The notes: generated by a model from the sequence alone, not told the origin. Shown: positions 20,211 through 32,333, numbered from the stretch's first letter. The stretch: 64,000 nt of DNA from an uncultured Bacteroidota bacterium (GCA_963735755.1 CAVTME010000005.1:263036-327035), one strand, 5' to 3'. A program made the numbers and translations.

Positions 20211-20910
20211 CTACCTGTTTTTCGAGTTGAGGTATTTCCCGATGATTAGCGCCATGATGATGACCAGGTACAAGCTGACCGGCCAGGGCGATAAATGTGG
20301 AAAAAGATCTGGCCAGACGGCTCCTGTCGGTGTGATATCCCCATATCCCAGGGTGGTGAGGGTTACAAAACCGAAATAGATATAACTGCTGAGTTCATCC
20401 GAGCTGCTATTCAGTTCGAGAAAACTGTTGGGAAGACAGAATCAATGATGATAAAAAGCACAGAAGCCGGTAAGGCCCATCAGCAGATAGCTGTTGATGG
20501 CGCACAGCAATGGTGGATCTGTCCACAGTTTCGTGATCCGGCTACATGGCTTACCAGGGCGATGGTAGAGAGTATAAGTGAGAATGTTACCAGCACGAAT
20601 CCAAGGGCAACAATGGACCGGGCATCCGGAAAAATAAACCCGAGAGCCATGGCAATCATAACAACAATACCCAGGAAAAACAATATCCCAAATACCTTCC
20701 TGCTGAATTCGGCTGCAAACATCCCGGAAAGAACAACAATACCAAGAACCAGCCTGATGTCAGAGTCCGCTCTTGTCTGGTAAATAAGGGCATAAGGAAG
20801 ATCATGATCACCAGGGCAACCATTAATATAACGTTGTTGCGCCAGAGATTCTTTTGACGCTCATGGGTCTGATTAATGTAGCCGATAATGGGTCTGCCGG
20901 ATTTATTCAT
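20211..20910 (-). pseudogene. Two-TM potassium channel family protein, several frameshifts
   Basis: The selectivity filter TTLGYGDITP was read in the minus frame at about 20320-20350. N-terminal pieces are 20656..20910 and 20480..20722. The stop is TAG 20211-20213. Confidence 0.7.
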
Positions 20911-21332
20911 CTTCTTCAGATTTGGTCTTTATCATTTTCTTTATTACCAGGTGGTTTTTCTCTCCCGTCCTATGATACTCAAAGGAATCAGTAAAAGCCT
21001 TGATCAGCAGAAGTCCCATGCCACCTTCATCCAGGGCTGCCGGGTCGGTCTGTATATCCGGATTGTATTCCATCGGATTGAAGGGGATGCCGTCGTCAAT
21101 CATCTCGATGATGACCACCCGGTCAATCATCGACATCCTGAAAATCGATCTGGTGCTTTGCTTCATCCTCGAAAGCAAACCTGATTGTAGTGGAGAAAAG
21201 TTCTTCAATAATCAGCAGAATCTGTTTAAATTCCGATCCAGGCCACTTCCAATGGCCGGCCAGTTCTTCCAAATCCTTCCTTATTTGAGGGATGGACTGG
21301 ATCTCATTTGCATATGTAAAAGTCTTTTCCAT
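20903..21332 (-). pseudogene. RsbW-like anti-sigma regulatory factor / HATPase_c_2 ATP-binding protein, one frameshift
   Basis: Fragments are 21123..21356 (start MEKTFTYANE at 21332) and 20903..21208 (DDGIPFNP...GGMGLLLIKAFTDSFEY). Confidence 0.6.
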
Positions 21333-21333
21333 T

Positions 21334-23742
21334 CTACTGATCCCTGATAAATTCAACCGGGTTGATCCGCGCCAGGCGTATGGTATGATAGAATACTGCG
21401 ATCCAGCTGAACAGGATCAATACGAGGGCACATACGGGGAAATATCCAGATGGGCAATATCGGTCCTGTATTTGAAATTTCTCATCCATCGTTCAATGAG
21501 GAACAATGATGCAGGAAGGAGCAGGGCGGAGGAGAGGAGCGCCAGCCACAGGTAATACAAGCAGTTCGGGAAGGATGATCTGATGAATCCTGGCCCCATT
21601 GATTTTACGAAGAGCTGCTGCTTTGACCCTTCTTTGCATGAAGAGTCCGCTGAGTGCAAACAAACCCATTCCTGCAATGATGATGGAGAGTACGCAGAAT
21701 ACCAGGAGGATCGTGATCTGGACCAATTCACTTTCATAAAGGTTCTCTATCAAGGTGGATGAATGATAGTATTCCAGGGGATATCGGGGAATAGTTCTTC
21801 CCAGACCGTTTTCAGATGTTCCATAGCCAGTCTCTTCACTTTTTCCGGGCAAAATGGAAAAGCAATACAGCCAGGTGTATTTGGGAAAGATCACCATGGG
21901 AGAGATCTCATAATCCAGTCCCGACAGGTGAAAATCCTCCACAATCCCGGTGATGGGCCCCGGCCAGATTAAGCCCGGGTAATGAAAGTGCAGACGTAAG
22001 CTCACTGCCTATCAAAGACTCAGGTTGTTCAGTTACCATTTTGGCAGCAGTTTCGTTCAGCAGGAAGAATTCTGCAGAATCCGCTGGATTATAATCGGCT
22101 GGCATGTCCGATCCATAAAGGATCTTCAGTCCGTAAAACTTGATAAAGTCCTGGTCTACAGGGAAAAGAAACAGTTGCTTGTCGGCCTCATCTGTACCAT
22201 TGATATCAAATGTATTGGCATCCATGGCCTGCCCGGTGGGTTCTTCCATGCTGGCGGTGACCATGGCAACATGAGGGCTTTCCAGCATCTTCTCCTTGAA
22301 GATTTCAAATTGATCCACAATGGGACGGTGGAGGCTGTGCAGGTGGATGGCCTCCTTTGTTGAAGCTCCCAGCTGACTGCCCATGGCGAAACGGGTTTGT
22401 TTTGTGATCATGATCAGGTTCGAAACCAGAACGAAGGTGATGATAAATTCAAGGATGATCACTGCCCGAATAAAAATGTTCTTCCCGCTTGTGTTGGGTG
22501 GAGATCCGATTTTGGTGGAAAGGTACTTGTGCTGAAGGTGCCGGTAGAGTCTTCCGGTTGAGAAGAGGGCTGTCAACACGGCGCTTGTGATGATAAGAAT
22601 GAACAGCAGGAGGATGGAGAACAGGAATATCCCCGGATCCTGGATGAGTGAACTTCCACCCAGATTCTCGACGGATGGAAGCAGCACGATGGTCAGCGTG
22701 ATCCCTGCCAGGAAGGCGATGAAACCCACGAAAAGGTTATCCACCAGGAATTGTCTGAAGAAGGTGTTTTTCCCGGCTCCCATCTGCCATTGGATCACCA
22801 GGCGTTGGATATGCAGCTGGTTCTGACTGAATGAAAGCAATGTGAAATTGAACCATGCCAGCAGGAAAACAAGCATGCCGGTGATCATCAGGATCAATAC
22901 AGTTCTGAACCGGACATTGGGCTGAATTTCCCTGGCCAGGTGGGACTTCAGGTGTATGTCAGTCACCGGTTGAAGCCGCGGATGGATGTGATCAGCATAA
23001 GATTCATCGATGTTGCTGTCCAAGAACAGCTTTATGTTATCCTCAATCTCGGTCAGGATCAGCAGTTGGTTCCAGCTTCACATAAGCCCAACCGGTACCT
23101 TTGTATTCAAGTGGATCTTCAAAGGCAGTCAGCACTGATATCTTGAGATGTGAATTATCCGGGAAATCTTCTATCACTGCTGCCACTGTATAGGTCTGGC
23201 TATTCACATCGAACTGGTGCATCAGCTCGAAGGATCTGACCCACCGGATCCTCATTCCCGAAGAACTTCCTGGCTGTGGATTCGGTGAGGATGGCCGTGT
23301 GTGCAATACCCAGGGGATTTTCAGTTTCTCCCTGAATGACCTTTATACTGTAAATTTCAAGGAATGAAGGATCACATGAATAGGCATATTGTTCATAATA
23401 GGTATCCTCGCCAATCATGAAGGCTGCCTTCCTGAATGGTGCAAGACGGCCTGACTTTTCGATGCCGGAAAGTACATCCGAGAAAATGATCTTATTCAAT
23501 GCATTGCCATGAAGAATCCTTGCTGTATGCCTGTAGAAACCATCATTGATCTCTTCAAATGTCAATCGGTAGATGCGCTCTTTTTCAGGGTAATCCCTGT
23601 CGAAAGTCAGGTGCCATGCAGACCATTGGATGGTGGATAGAAAAGTGGTGATGCCAATGGCAAGTCCGGTGATCACAAGGACTGCATAGAGCAGGTTTTT
23701 TTTAAGGCTTCGTAAGGTTAATAAGAGGTGCTTCCCGATCAT
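21334..23742 (-). pseudogene. FtsX/MacB-type ABC transporter permease, at least 4 frameshifts
   Basis: Fragments are 23200..23742 (MIGKHLLLTLRSLKKNLLYAVLVITGLAIG), 23043..23306, 21908..23023, 21493..22005 and 21417..21737. The true C-terminus ...RLARINPVEFIRDQ* ends at TAG 21334-21336, 1 nt before the next ATG. Confidence 0.75.
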
Positions 23743-23783
23743 GTCCGAATCCCTAGCTGACGGTAAATATAGCGATTCGGAAT

Positions 23784-24840
23784 TTATTTCCTATTTGAAT
23801 AATCCCTGATGTATTTCATGGCATCAACAGCTTCTCTTATAATCATATGGAAACTCATGAAACCATGAATCATTCCACTGTATTGTATATGATCCACTTC
23901 CACACCTGAATTTTCAAGTCTCTCAGCATAAAGACACGCGCCATCCCTGATGGGGTCACACTCGGCTGTGATCATCAAGTGCAGGGGCAAGATCAGGTGT
24001 CAGCTCAGCTTCCAGGGGAGAGAGGTAGGGATGTCTGTCATTGGTTTCATTGGCCATATACATGGATTTCACACTTCTCATGAATTCTTCAGTGAGCACG
24101 AAACTTCTTGCTTTACACCGACCAAAGTACTCGCGGGATGGATATGAAGTATCCACAAAGGTAACACCCGGGTAGATCAGAACCTGGTACAAAGGTTGCG
24201 GCCTTTCCTGATCCCGGCAAAGCAGTGTAAGTACAGTTGCCAGGTTACCTCCTGCACTGTCGCCCATCACACATATCCTTGCGGTGTCTGCACCAATGGT
24301 CCGACCATGATCCTGTAGCCAGCAAAGGGCAGCATAACAGTCGTTCAGACCTTCCGGGAATGGATGTTCGGGAGCCAGGCGATAGTCCACCGAAACAAAT
24401 GATCTGTCCTGTGATTTTGCCAATTTGCTTACCATGATATGGTACTCATCAACACTCCCGTAGGCAAAACCACCACCATGCAGGAAAAGGGTAACGGGTT
24501 GGTTTCCACTGAGACTCTTTTTGGTCGGGTAATATATTCTCACAGGAATGCGCTGGCCATCATATTGCAGGATGGTGTCCGCTACTTTTTTCTGATGAAT
24601 GGCAAACATGTTCTTGATCCAGTCGGCGGGCTCCTTGTATGACTCAGGTTCTTCAAAGGCTTTGTTGATCCCATTCAGGAGCGTGTAGGCCATGGGTCTC
24701 AGGTAGGTCCCTGGCTCCGGAGTTGCATATTTCTCCTTCTTGCGATCACTGGCCGGGACATATTTTTGTGGTGTTTCAGCCTGGCTGCAACTGATGACCA
24801 GCAGTGCAATCAGGATCAGGATATGAAACTTTTGTATCAC
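23784..24840 (-). pseudogene. Alpha/beta hydrolase (HSL-type esterase/lipase), one frameshift
   Basis: Fragment 23956..24840 has HGGGF and GDSAGG. Fragment 23784..23990 has the C-terminal catalytic His region (MIHGF). Confidence 0.8.
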
Positions 24841-25026
24841 ATATCTAATGTCGCAAAATTAAAGCGGATTGCCATATCCTGAAAGATGTTCTTAAAAAGC
24901 TGATGTCGTTGGTCTGGTGTTGCAGGCGGTTTACTGCCAATAAGGCATATTACATTGAAATTCAATGATATAAATTGCATATGGGCTTGACTTTTTGTAT
25001 CTTTTGGTCTTGATACCTGTGCCATC

Positions 25027-25533
25027 ATGCGCGGTCTGAAATTCCATATGCTGCATCTCCTTATTTTCGGCCTTTTTGTTTTCCGGGCGGCAGAAGGGCA
25101 GAATACAAGGTATACCCATCCCCTCTATGACATCAGCTTTGAAGCTTCAGCCAATTGGAAGCAGGTACTTCGGGAGGTGAATGGGAAGGAATACCGGTTG
25201 ACTCATCCCAATCATAACATGAGCATCTGTCTCAGCTATGTTCCTGAATGCAGGCATCCGAAACGATATTTGAAACGGATCTCAGGAGCCAAAGGGCTGA
25301 TCTCTCCAGGGGGGTACTATGATACTGTCCTCAATGACCAGGTGGCACTGATCCTGAGAGGGTGTTGTGTAAAAGGCAAGCGGCCATACCAGAATCTGTT
25401 TGTGGGTTTCCCTGTGGATGAAGGTTTATACCTGGTGGAGATCACCTGTCCGCTTGACTGTAGTTTCAGTCACCAGGAGAGGATTAAAGCAATTCTGGAA
25501 ACGGTTGTTGTGGGTGAGCCATCACATATCTGA
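25027..25533 (+). CDS. Hypothetical secreted protein
   Basis: 168 aa, intact, with the signal-like N-terminus LHLLIFGLFVFRAAEG. Confidence 0.45.
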   Translation: MRGLKFHMLHLLIFGLFVFRAAEGQNTRYTHPLYDISFEASANWKQVLREVNGKEYRLTHPNHNMSICLSYVPECRHPKRYLKRISGAKGLISPGGYYDTVLNDQVALILRGCCVKGKRPYQNLFVGFPVDEGLYLVEITCPLDCSFSHQERIKAILETVVVGEPSHI

Positions 25534-26929
25534 TACGGCAATGATCCTGCTGGCGGTTCGGAGGATCAGCATTCCCGGAGCTATCCCGGGTGTGACCAGT
25601 GAAGCTTCCAAAAGAGGAATGGTCTTCAATAGCTCATATTCGGGTCCGGCTTTGGCGATAAAAAGCTGACCCTCTTCCGAGACCATATAGATTTTGCCAT
25701 CAGATGCCACGGGGCATGCGATAAAACTTGCGGGATGAACCGTCTGATCATAGATCAGTTCGCCGCTTCGCGGGTTATAGCAGGCCAGGTTTCCGTTCCA
25801 TCTGAGTCGGTACAACAGACTGTCATAGACCAGAACTGAGGTCATGTATGCACCTCCGCGGTCATAAAACCATTGCATTCCTTCACCTGGTTCAGACTCC
25901 TTTTCTGGGATAGGCAATCTCTCCGCTTGCGCTGTTCTTCACTGCCATCAGCGGTGCATGCCGCCCGTGAGCACTGTTGAAATAGATCAGGTCTTTCCAT
26001 ACAATGGGTACAGGTACCGGGATATCTCCACCACCTGCCATTTTCCAGATCTCTTCCCCGGTTTCCAGGTCATAAGCGCCACGATGTTTGTATCCGTTGA
26101 CAGCAATTCTTGGTTTCTCTCCGTCAAAATAGATATTCGGTGTGCACCATCCCGGGATCTCATCCCTCTCCTTTCTCCAGATGGTCTTGCCAGTTGCTAT
26201 GTCAAGCACAGCCACAAAGGCAGTGTTCAGGGCATCTGCCTGGATGACCACCCTGTCATTGTAAATGATGGGTGAACTGCTGAATTCCCATTCAGCTGAT
26301 TCCACCACATTCCAGGAGGAGTTGATCAGACCAAAATCACGTTTCCAGAGCAGGGATCCTTCTTTGTCATAGCAGTAGAGCCCCTCGGATCCGAAGAATG
26401 CAAGCACATGTTTCCCATCGGTTGCCACTGTGGTATTGGCATGAGAAGATTTGGGGTGCCGCCTTACCATGGGAATACCCCGGTTGGCTTCTCTTTCCCA
26501 CAGAATTTCGCCACTATTTTTGTCCAGACAGTAAACCATCCAGACATGTTCTGACGAATCCTGAACTGGGGCAATATCACCAAACATTCCGGTTTGATAC
26601 CCCTCCTGGTCCTCCTCACTGACGGCTGTTGTAATGTATACATGATCATCCCAGATGACCGGACAGGAGAGCCCCAGACCCGGTATCTCCACATTCCACT
26701 TCACGTTATATGATGTTTGAATATCGAAACTGTCCGGCAGGCTTGTATGGTCCATGTATCCCGATGCAAAGAATCCCCTGTAAGAGGGCCACTGGGTATT
26801 GGATTCCATGGCAGCAAAGAGTGTCTCCTCAGAATATACTTGTTGCCGGGATGGATCTTCATTCTCTGGTGTGTAGAAAGACAGTAAAACTACAGTGGTG
26901 ATAGCAAATAAATAGAGCAGGTGTTTCAT
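25522..26929 (-). pseudogene. PQQ-like beta-propeller repeat protein, one frameshift
   Basis: Fragments 25892..26929 (signal peptide, then repeated W-x-blade motifs such as GKTIWRK, GEEIWKM, GEILWER) and 25522..25917. Confidence 0.65.
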
Positions 26930-26984
26930 GACAGGATGGCTTGTGTAAATCTAATGGGGAAAGATATGATTTTTAGTTCTAAAT

Positions 26985-27701
26985 TTGTCAGTGCTTATGA
27001 AATTCACACAGCCCTCGGTGGAGCTTTTTAATATCCGGATTGATGAACCCATCACTACCGCTACCGATCTGCTCCTGGCAGCTGTCTGTTTTTATGCCCT
27101 CTTCAGGATTAATAAGCAGGAAAACAGCGGCAGGATCAAAGGATATTTTAAGTACTATTTTCTCACCCTGGGGATGGGGGCATTGTGCGGTGGGCTATTT
27201 GGTCACGCTTTTTTATATAGTCTTTCCCCTCCCTGGAAATTGGTATCGTGGATTTTCACCCTGATTTCAGTGGCCATTATCGGTCATGCGCTTATTGAAT
27301 TAGCCAGGCCTCTGGTGAGGCCAGTCATCTCCCGAACGGTAGCTAGGATGAACATGGCAATCTTGATCTTTGCTCTGACCTATACCCTGATAACACTGGC
27401 ATTTTCCGCGGTCAAGTACTACACCATCTTCGGAATGGTGGTGGTTGTGGGATCGCTCAGTTTAGTGGTTTTTCAGAAAACAGGCAGCAGGGGGATGGTT
27501 AAATTAATGGTTGGCATTGCCATTGGGATATTGTCGGCTGTAGTTTTCAGCTTCGAATGGGGTTTGAGCCCATGGTTCAATCACAATGACATCAGCCACG
27601 TAATCCTGAGTTTCAGTGCTCTTTCACTCTACAAGGGGGCTGTATTGATTCTGGAAGCACCCGCCAACTTGTCTCTAGGGCTTATTCATTCACATCTTTG
27701 A
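26985..27701 (+). CDS. Hypothetical polytopic membrane protein
   Basis: 238 aa, intact, with about 7 hydrophobic segments. The start may be ATG 26997 (MKFTQPS). Confidence 0.5.
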   Translation: MSVLMKFTQPSVELFNIRIDEPITTATDLLLAAVCFYALFRINKQENSGRIKGYFKYYFLTLGMGALCGGLFGHAFLYSLSPPWKLVSWIFTLISVAIIGHALIELARPLVRPVISRTVARMNMAILIFALTYTLITLAFSAVKYYTIFGMVVVVGSLSLVVFQKTGSRGMVKLMVGIAIGILSAVVFSFEWGLSPWFNHNDISHVILSFSALSLYKGAVLILEAPANLSLGLIHSHL

Positions 27702-28449
27702 CACACCGAAATCCACCTGCCATATCAACCCAGTGCTGGGGAAGGGCGTTTCGGTTGTGGACAGAGCTACAACCCGCGCCTGAATGCCAACCGCCACCCC
27801 TGATTACTCGGAATGTTCCCCTTGCCGGCCCCGGGGGATTATCCATAGGGGATTCAGCGTAGTAGCCCGCATGGAACCAGTCACTTACCCATTCCCAGAC
27901 GTTGCCTGACATATCATACAATCCATAACCGTTCGGTTCATAAGAGCCTATGGGAACCGGCCCTTTTTCCGCTGTGGGGTCATTGTACCTGGCCTTGGCG
28001 TGGTCGGCCTTTTCGCCGAATGGAAAGTCAAGCTCCCCAAGTCCGCCACGCGCAGCATATTCCCATTCAGCTTCTGTGGGCAACCTCTTTCCTGCCCAGT
28101 CAGCGAACTCGCTGGCATCAAATTGACTTACACCTACCACAGGATGGTCGGGGAAACCGGGGCCTGATTTGTATGGGTCCATACCCCAGAATTCAGGGAA
28201 TTTGTGCCCGGTGGCCATACAGAAGTCATTATAGGCTTTATTGCTTACTTCGTGGGTATCCATATAAAAGGCGCGCAGTGTTACATGGTGGGCAGGAGAG
28301 GCGATGGCTTGCTGGTTGGCGCTGGCACCCATAAGAAAGGTCCCTTCCGGAATGAGAACCATTCCATCCGGGGGATTTTCATTCACGTTCTGGCCGTTGA
28401 GGGTGAGACAGACCAGGCCAATAATAAACGCTATTGTATACCTGTACAT
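27682..28449 (-). CDS. Formylglycine-generating enzyme family protein (SUMF1/EgtB/PvdO)
   Basis: 255 aa, intact. Has a signal peptide, GLYDMSGNVWEWVSDW and RVIRGGGWHS. Confidence 0.85.
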   Translation of the reverse strand: MYRYTIAFIIGLVCLTLNGQNVNENPPDGMVLIPEGTFLMGASANQQAIASPAHHVTLRAFYMDTHEVSNKAYNDFCMATGHKFPEFWGMDPYKSGPGFPDHPVVGVSQFDASEFADWAGKRLPTEAEWEYAARGGLGELDFPFGEKADHAKARYNDPTAEKGPVPIGSYEPNGYGLYDMSGNVWEWVSDWFHAGYYAESPMDNPPGPARGTFRVIRGGGWHSGAGCSSVHNRNALPQHWVDMAGGFRCVKDVNE

Positions 28450-28516
28450 GCTTGATGGTTTCTGAGGATTTGGACAGATAAGTTAGGAATTATTTATTTA
28501 GTTTAGCAAAAATAAT

Positions 28517-30584
28517 GTGTATCGGGCGGTAATGAGGTTGTGGTGTTTCATCCTGGTTTTATTGGTACTATGTCCTTTTACCCTGGTTGGCCAACGGTCC
28601 CATCAGGCCACAAGGCTCGATCATCCCATTGTCATCGACGGCGTCCATGAACCCGGAATATGGATTGGAGCCGATTCAGCTACAGGTTTTTTCCAGATGG
28701 AACCTCTTCCTGGAGATCCTGCCTCTGAACACACTGCCTGCTATGTGGGATTTGACCAGGAGAAGATCTATATCAGTGTTAACCTCTATCAGGAGAAGGA
28801 GGTGCTGGCCAAAGTGATGAGCAGGGACGTGCTATCCAAGGGGGATGATTGTTTTGTAATCACCTTTGATCCATACAATGACAACAGGTCGGGATACGGG
28901 TTCTGGACCAATGCCCTGGGCACCCAGACCGATTTCAGAATCAATGATGACGGTCGCAACACCGATGTAAACTGGGATGCTGAGTGGGAATCAGCCTCAA
29001 GTATCCATGACAGAGGATGGACCCTGGAGATGGCCATCCCTTTCAAAAGCCTGCAGTTCAAGCCTGGTTCAGATACCTGGGGTGTGAATTTCGGCCGGGT
29101 TATCAGGAGTAATTTTGAAACGGTCTGGTGGTCGGGTACAGTGACTGATGATTTCAGGATCTCGCAGGGAGGCAAACTGACCGGGATAAAAACTCCTGAT
29201 TCCAAGGGCAAATTAACACTTGTTTCCCTATGCCACCATCAGCTATGAAAACAATGAATTTACCGGCGTTCAGCACAAAGTTAAACCTGATGCAGGCGTG
29301 GATGTGAAGTGGCAGATGACCCCCAACATTACAGCCGACGCAACCATCAATCCCGATTTTGCTACGGTGGAAGCTGATCAGGAACGGATTAATCTTACCC
29401 GGTACGAGTTGAATTATCCTGAGAAAAGACTCTTTTTCCAGGAGGGAAATGAAATGTATTCCACCCGGATCAAGACTTTCTATTCCAGACGGATACAGGA
29501 TATTCTCTACGGCGCTAAACTGAATGGAAAGGCAGGTAAGTACAATTTTAATGCGCTTAATGTCAGGACATTGCAGTCGGATGAAGAAGGGGAGCCTCCT
29601 TCCTTTTTTACCACGGCCAGGGTGAAAAGGGATTTCCTGGAATCGTCTTCGGTGGGTATTACTGCGGTGGATCGCCGAAATGATTCCTCTTATGTGACCT
29701 CATTCAGCGGGGATTATGTACTGAACCTTGGTGATACCTGGAAACTTACCGGTCAGTTTGTGGCCAGTGTACCGGGCGACCTGCTTTCGCACAGTGCCTG
29801 GTTTATGCGCTTTGCAAAAGAGACCCATATCTACCATCTGCACCTACGGTACACCGAGCTGGGCGAGAATTTCAAGGAGAATGTAAACCAGACCGGGTAT
29901 ATTGTTGATGATGACCGCAGGGAAGTGGACAGTGATCTATCCTATGTGTGGTGGCTCAGGAACAGGTTTTTCCAGTATATCAGTGTGGAATCGAGAAATA
30001 ATATATTCTGGGCCCGCACATCAGGGGTAATGCGCAGCTGGAATGTGACAGAGGCCGTGGAGTTATACATGCAAAACCGTTTCTCGCTGGAATACATGTA
30101 TAACAATGAGTTTAAGCTGTTTGATAAGGAGTATTATAACCACAGGCACTATTTTGGATTGGGGTACAACAGGGCTGAGTGGAGCCATGCGCTGATGGCT
30201 TACTCATTCGGAAGAAATTTTGATCGTGATTTTCAACGCTTCTCATTGGGTGGAAGGATGAAGATAACAGAAAAGCTTGCGGCAGAATACAATGGGGACC
30301 TGATTCGTTTTACCCCTGATGTGGACAGCTCCTCCACCTTCATCAATGTGTTGTCTTTCAACTATAATTTTACGAAAGATTTGTGGATTAAAGTGTTTGC
30401 GCAAAACAGTACAGGGCACGGCAAAGTATACTTTTATGGTATGGCCGGATGGAGATTCAAACCCCCGTTCGGAGCACTCTACCTGATCTATTCTCATGAT
30501 CAGATGGCGGAAGTTTTGGGAGACCTGGCGAGGGCAGATGCAATCTTTCTGAAACTAACCCTGCCCATTTCAGTGATCAGGTAA
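28517..30584 (+). pseudogene. CBM9-like + DUF5916 outer-membrane-type protein, one frameshift at about 29220
   Basis: Fragment 28517..29248 holds the DOMON/CBM9-like part (DDCFVITFDPYNDNRSGYGFWTNALG). Fragment 29220..30584 holds the beta-rich DUF5916-like body. The junction lies in a TTT run. Confidence 0.7.
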
Positions 30585-30667
30585 AAATTATGCCAAGAAG
30601 CTTATGGAAGGATTAGCGGAAGTATGAGACAAATGCTTATCTTGTTGTAAACCCAAATTTTACGGTT

Positions 30668-31105
30668 ATGGAACGATCAGAACAAGCCAAAGAACTTTTT
30701 CTTTCAGGTAACAACTGTGCCCAATCAGTGTTATTGTCCTTTGCCGATGAGCAGAAGTTCAGTAAGGAACTTGCCCTGAAGATGGCAGCCGGATTCGGGG
30801 GCGGCATGGGCAAGACGCAGGAAACCTGTGGTGCTGTTACCGGGGCCATTATGGTACTGGGCATTCTGAAGGGCGAGGCAGTGAACAACAATGATGAATT
30901 GAAGTCTGAGACCTATGGGGCTGTCAAGGAACTGGTAAAGCAATTCAAAGTCTCCTTTAAAACCACAAGCTGTAGGGAAATCATCGATTGTGATTTGAAT
31001 ACTCCGGAGGGGGCAGCAAAGTTTAAGGATGAAAAGATCATGGAAAAGGTGTGTGCAGGATGTGTGGAGGAAGCGGTTCGCATTGTAGAATCAATTGCCG
31101 GGTAG
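30668..31105 (+). CDS. C_GCAxxG_C_C family protein
   Basis: 145 aa with NCAQSVL, TCGAVTGAIMVLG and CAGCVEEA. Confidence 0.8.
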   Translation: MERSEQAKELFLSGNNCAQSVLLSFADEQKFSKELALKMAAGFGGGMGKTQETCGAVTGAIMVLGILKGEAVNNNDELKSETYGAVKELVKQFKVSFKTTSCREIIDCDLNTPEGAAKFKDEKIMEKVCAGCVEEAVRIVESIAG

Positions 31106-31744
31106 ATGAATGATTGGAGGGGATTTGAGGTATTGCAGTCCAATGTTGAAAAGAGGATTGCTGAGTTTGAGTTGATACCAAAGGGGAGAAGGGAAGAACT
31201 GGCGCAGTTGGCCGAAGGAATCCATTCTGGTTTTGAGACGAAGGATCATGTGGATGTGATATTTATTTGCACTCACAATTCTCGCCGCAGTCACATGGGG
31301 CAGATCTGGGCTCAGCTTGCTTCATGGTTTTATGGTGTGGAGAATATACACTGTTATTCAGGTGGTACGGAATCCACAGCTCTTAACCCCAGGGCGGTAA
31401 AGGCGATGAAGGAAGATGGATTTCGCTTTAAAACGGTGATTCCAGGATCCAATCCGGTATATGTAATTGACTTTCCGGAAGCTCATCGAAGCGACCGCAT
31501 CTTCTCCAAGAAATATACAGATCCGCCCAATCCAACCAAAGCCTATATTGCAGTTATGACCTGCTCAGATGCAGATGAAGCCTGTCCCGTTGTACATGGA
31601 GCTTCGTCCAGGTTTTCCCTTCGCTATGATGATCCCAAGGTATTTGACGGGATGCCCAATGAGCAGGAAGGCTATCTGGATAGAAGCAGGCAGATAGCCA
31701 GGGAGATGTTCTTCCTTTTTTCATTGGTGGCATCTACCCACTGA
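31106..31744 (+). CDS. Low-molecular-weight phosphatase / ArsC-family protein
   Basis: 212 aa with the CX5R P-loop VIFICTHNSRRSHMGQ. Its ATG directly follows the TAG of the upstream gene. Confidence 0.7.
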   Translation: MNDWRGFEVLQSNVEKRIAEFELIPKGRREELAQLAEGIHSGFETKDHVDVIFICTHNSRRSHMGQIWAQLASWFYGVENIHCYSGGTESTALNPRAVKAMKEDGFRFKTVIPGSNPVYVIDFPEAHRSDRIFSKKYTDPPNPTKAYIAVMTCSDADEACPVVHGASSRFSLRYDDPKVFDGMPNEQEGYLDRSRQIAREMFFLFSLVASTH

Positions 31745-32333
31745 CAGCCTCCATGGGAATGTCTTTCGCTCCGGAAAGATCATTGAGGGCATTGATCAAC
31801 CTGATTTTCTTGAAACGGTCCAGATCCTTTTTCAGAATCCGGGCTTCCTTTAGCATGCCCTGGTCAAGCAGAGAGGCCCGCATGGTGCCTGCCAGAAGGG
31901 GGGTGTCTGGCGTGATCCAGTCCCACCCGTCCCAGAACACCACATTGGCAAAATAACTATCGGTAACACAGCCAGCTTTCACAATCAGGATATCGTCACA
32001 GGTCCCCCGCTGTTCATAGAGCGCTGTCAGTGCGGAGCGGTCAGCAAATTTATGCTCATAGGAGATGGTTTCCGATTCAAGCACCTTCAGGCTGTGAATC
32101 TCCAATGTATGGTAAGGTTCATATTCGATCCGCTCCACATCTTCTCCGTAAAGGACCCTGCATTTAAACAATCCTCTGTCCAATCCGCCGGGAATGGCAA
32201 TGACCTGTTCCAGCCTTGGGTGTTCTCCTAAACCCAGCACCTTTTCCCGGGATCGGTTGAATCTACGCTGGTGGTAGGCGAGATTCATGATCTCCCCGTT
32301 CAATAATTTAATGGTTTCAATAAATTGGGACAT
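31734..32333 (-). CDS. pabC: Aminotransferase class IV (aminodeoxychorismate lyase-like)
   Basis: 199 aa, intact. It overlaps the 3' end of pabB by 17 nt. The assignment rests on synteny and size, so the symbol is tentative. Confidence 0.6.
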   Translation of the reverse strand: MSQFIETIKLLNGEIMNLAYHQRRFNRSREKVLGLGEHPRLEQVIAIPGGLDRGLFKCRVLYGEDVERIEYEPYHTLEIHSLKVLESETISYEHKFADRSALTALYEQRGTCDDILIVKAGCVTDSYFANVVFWDGWDWITPDTPLLAGTMRASLLDQGMLKEARILKKDLDRFKKIRLINALNDLSGAKDIPMEAVSG

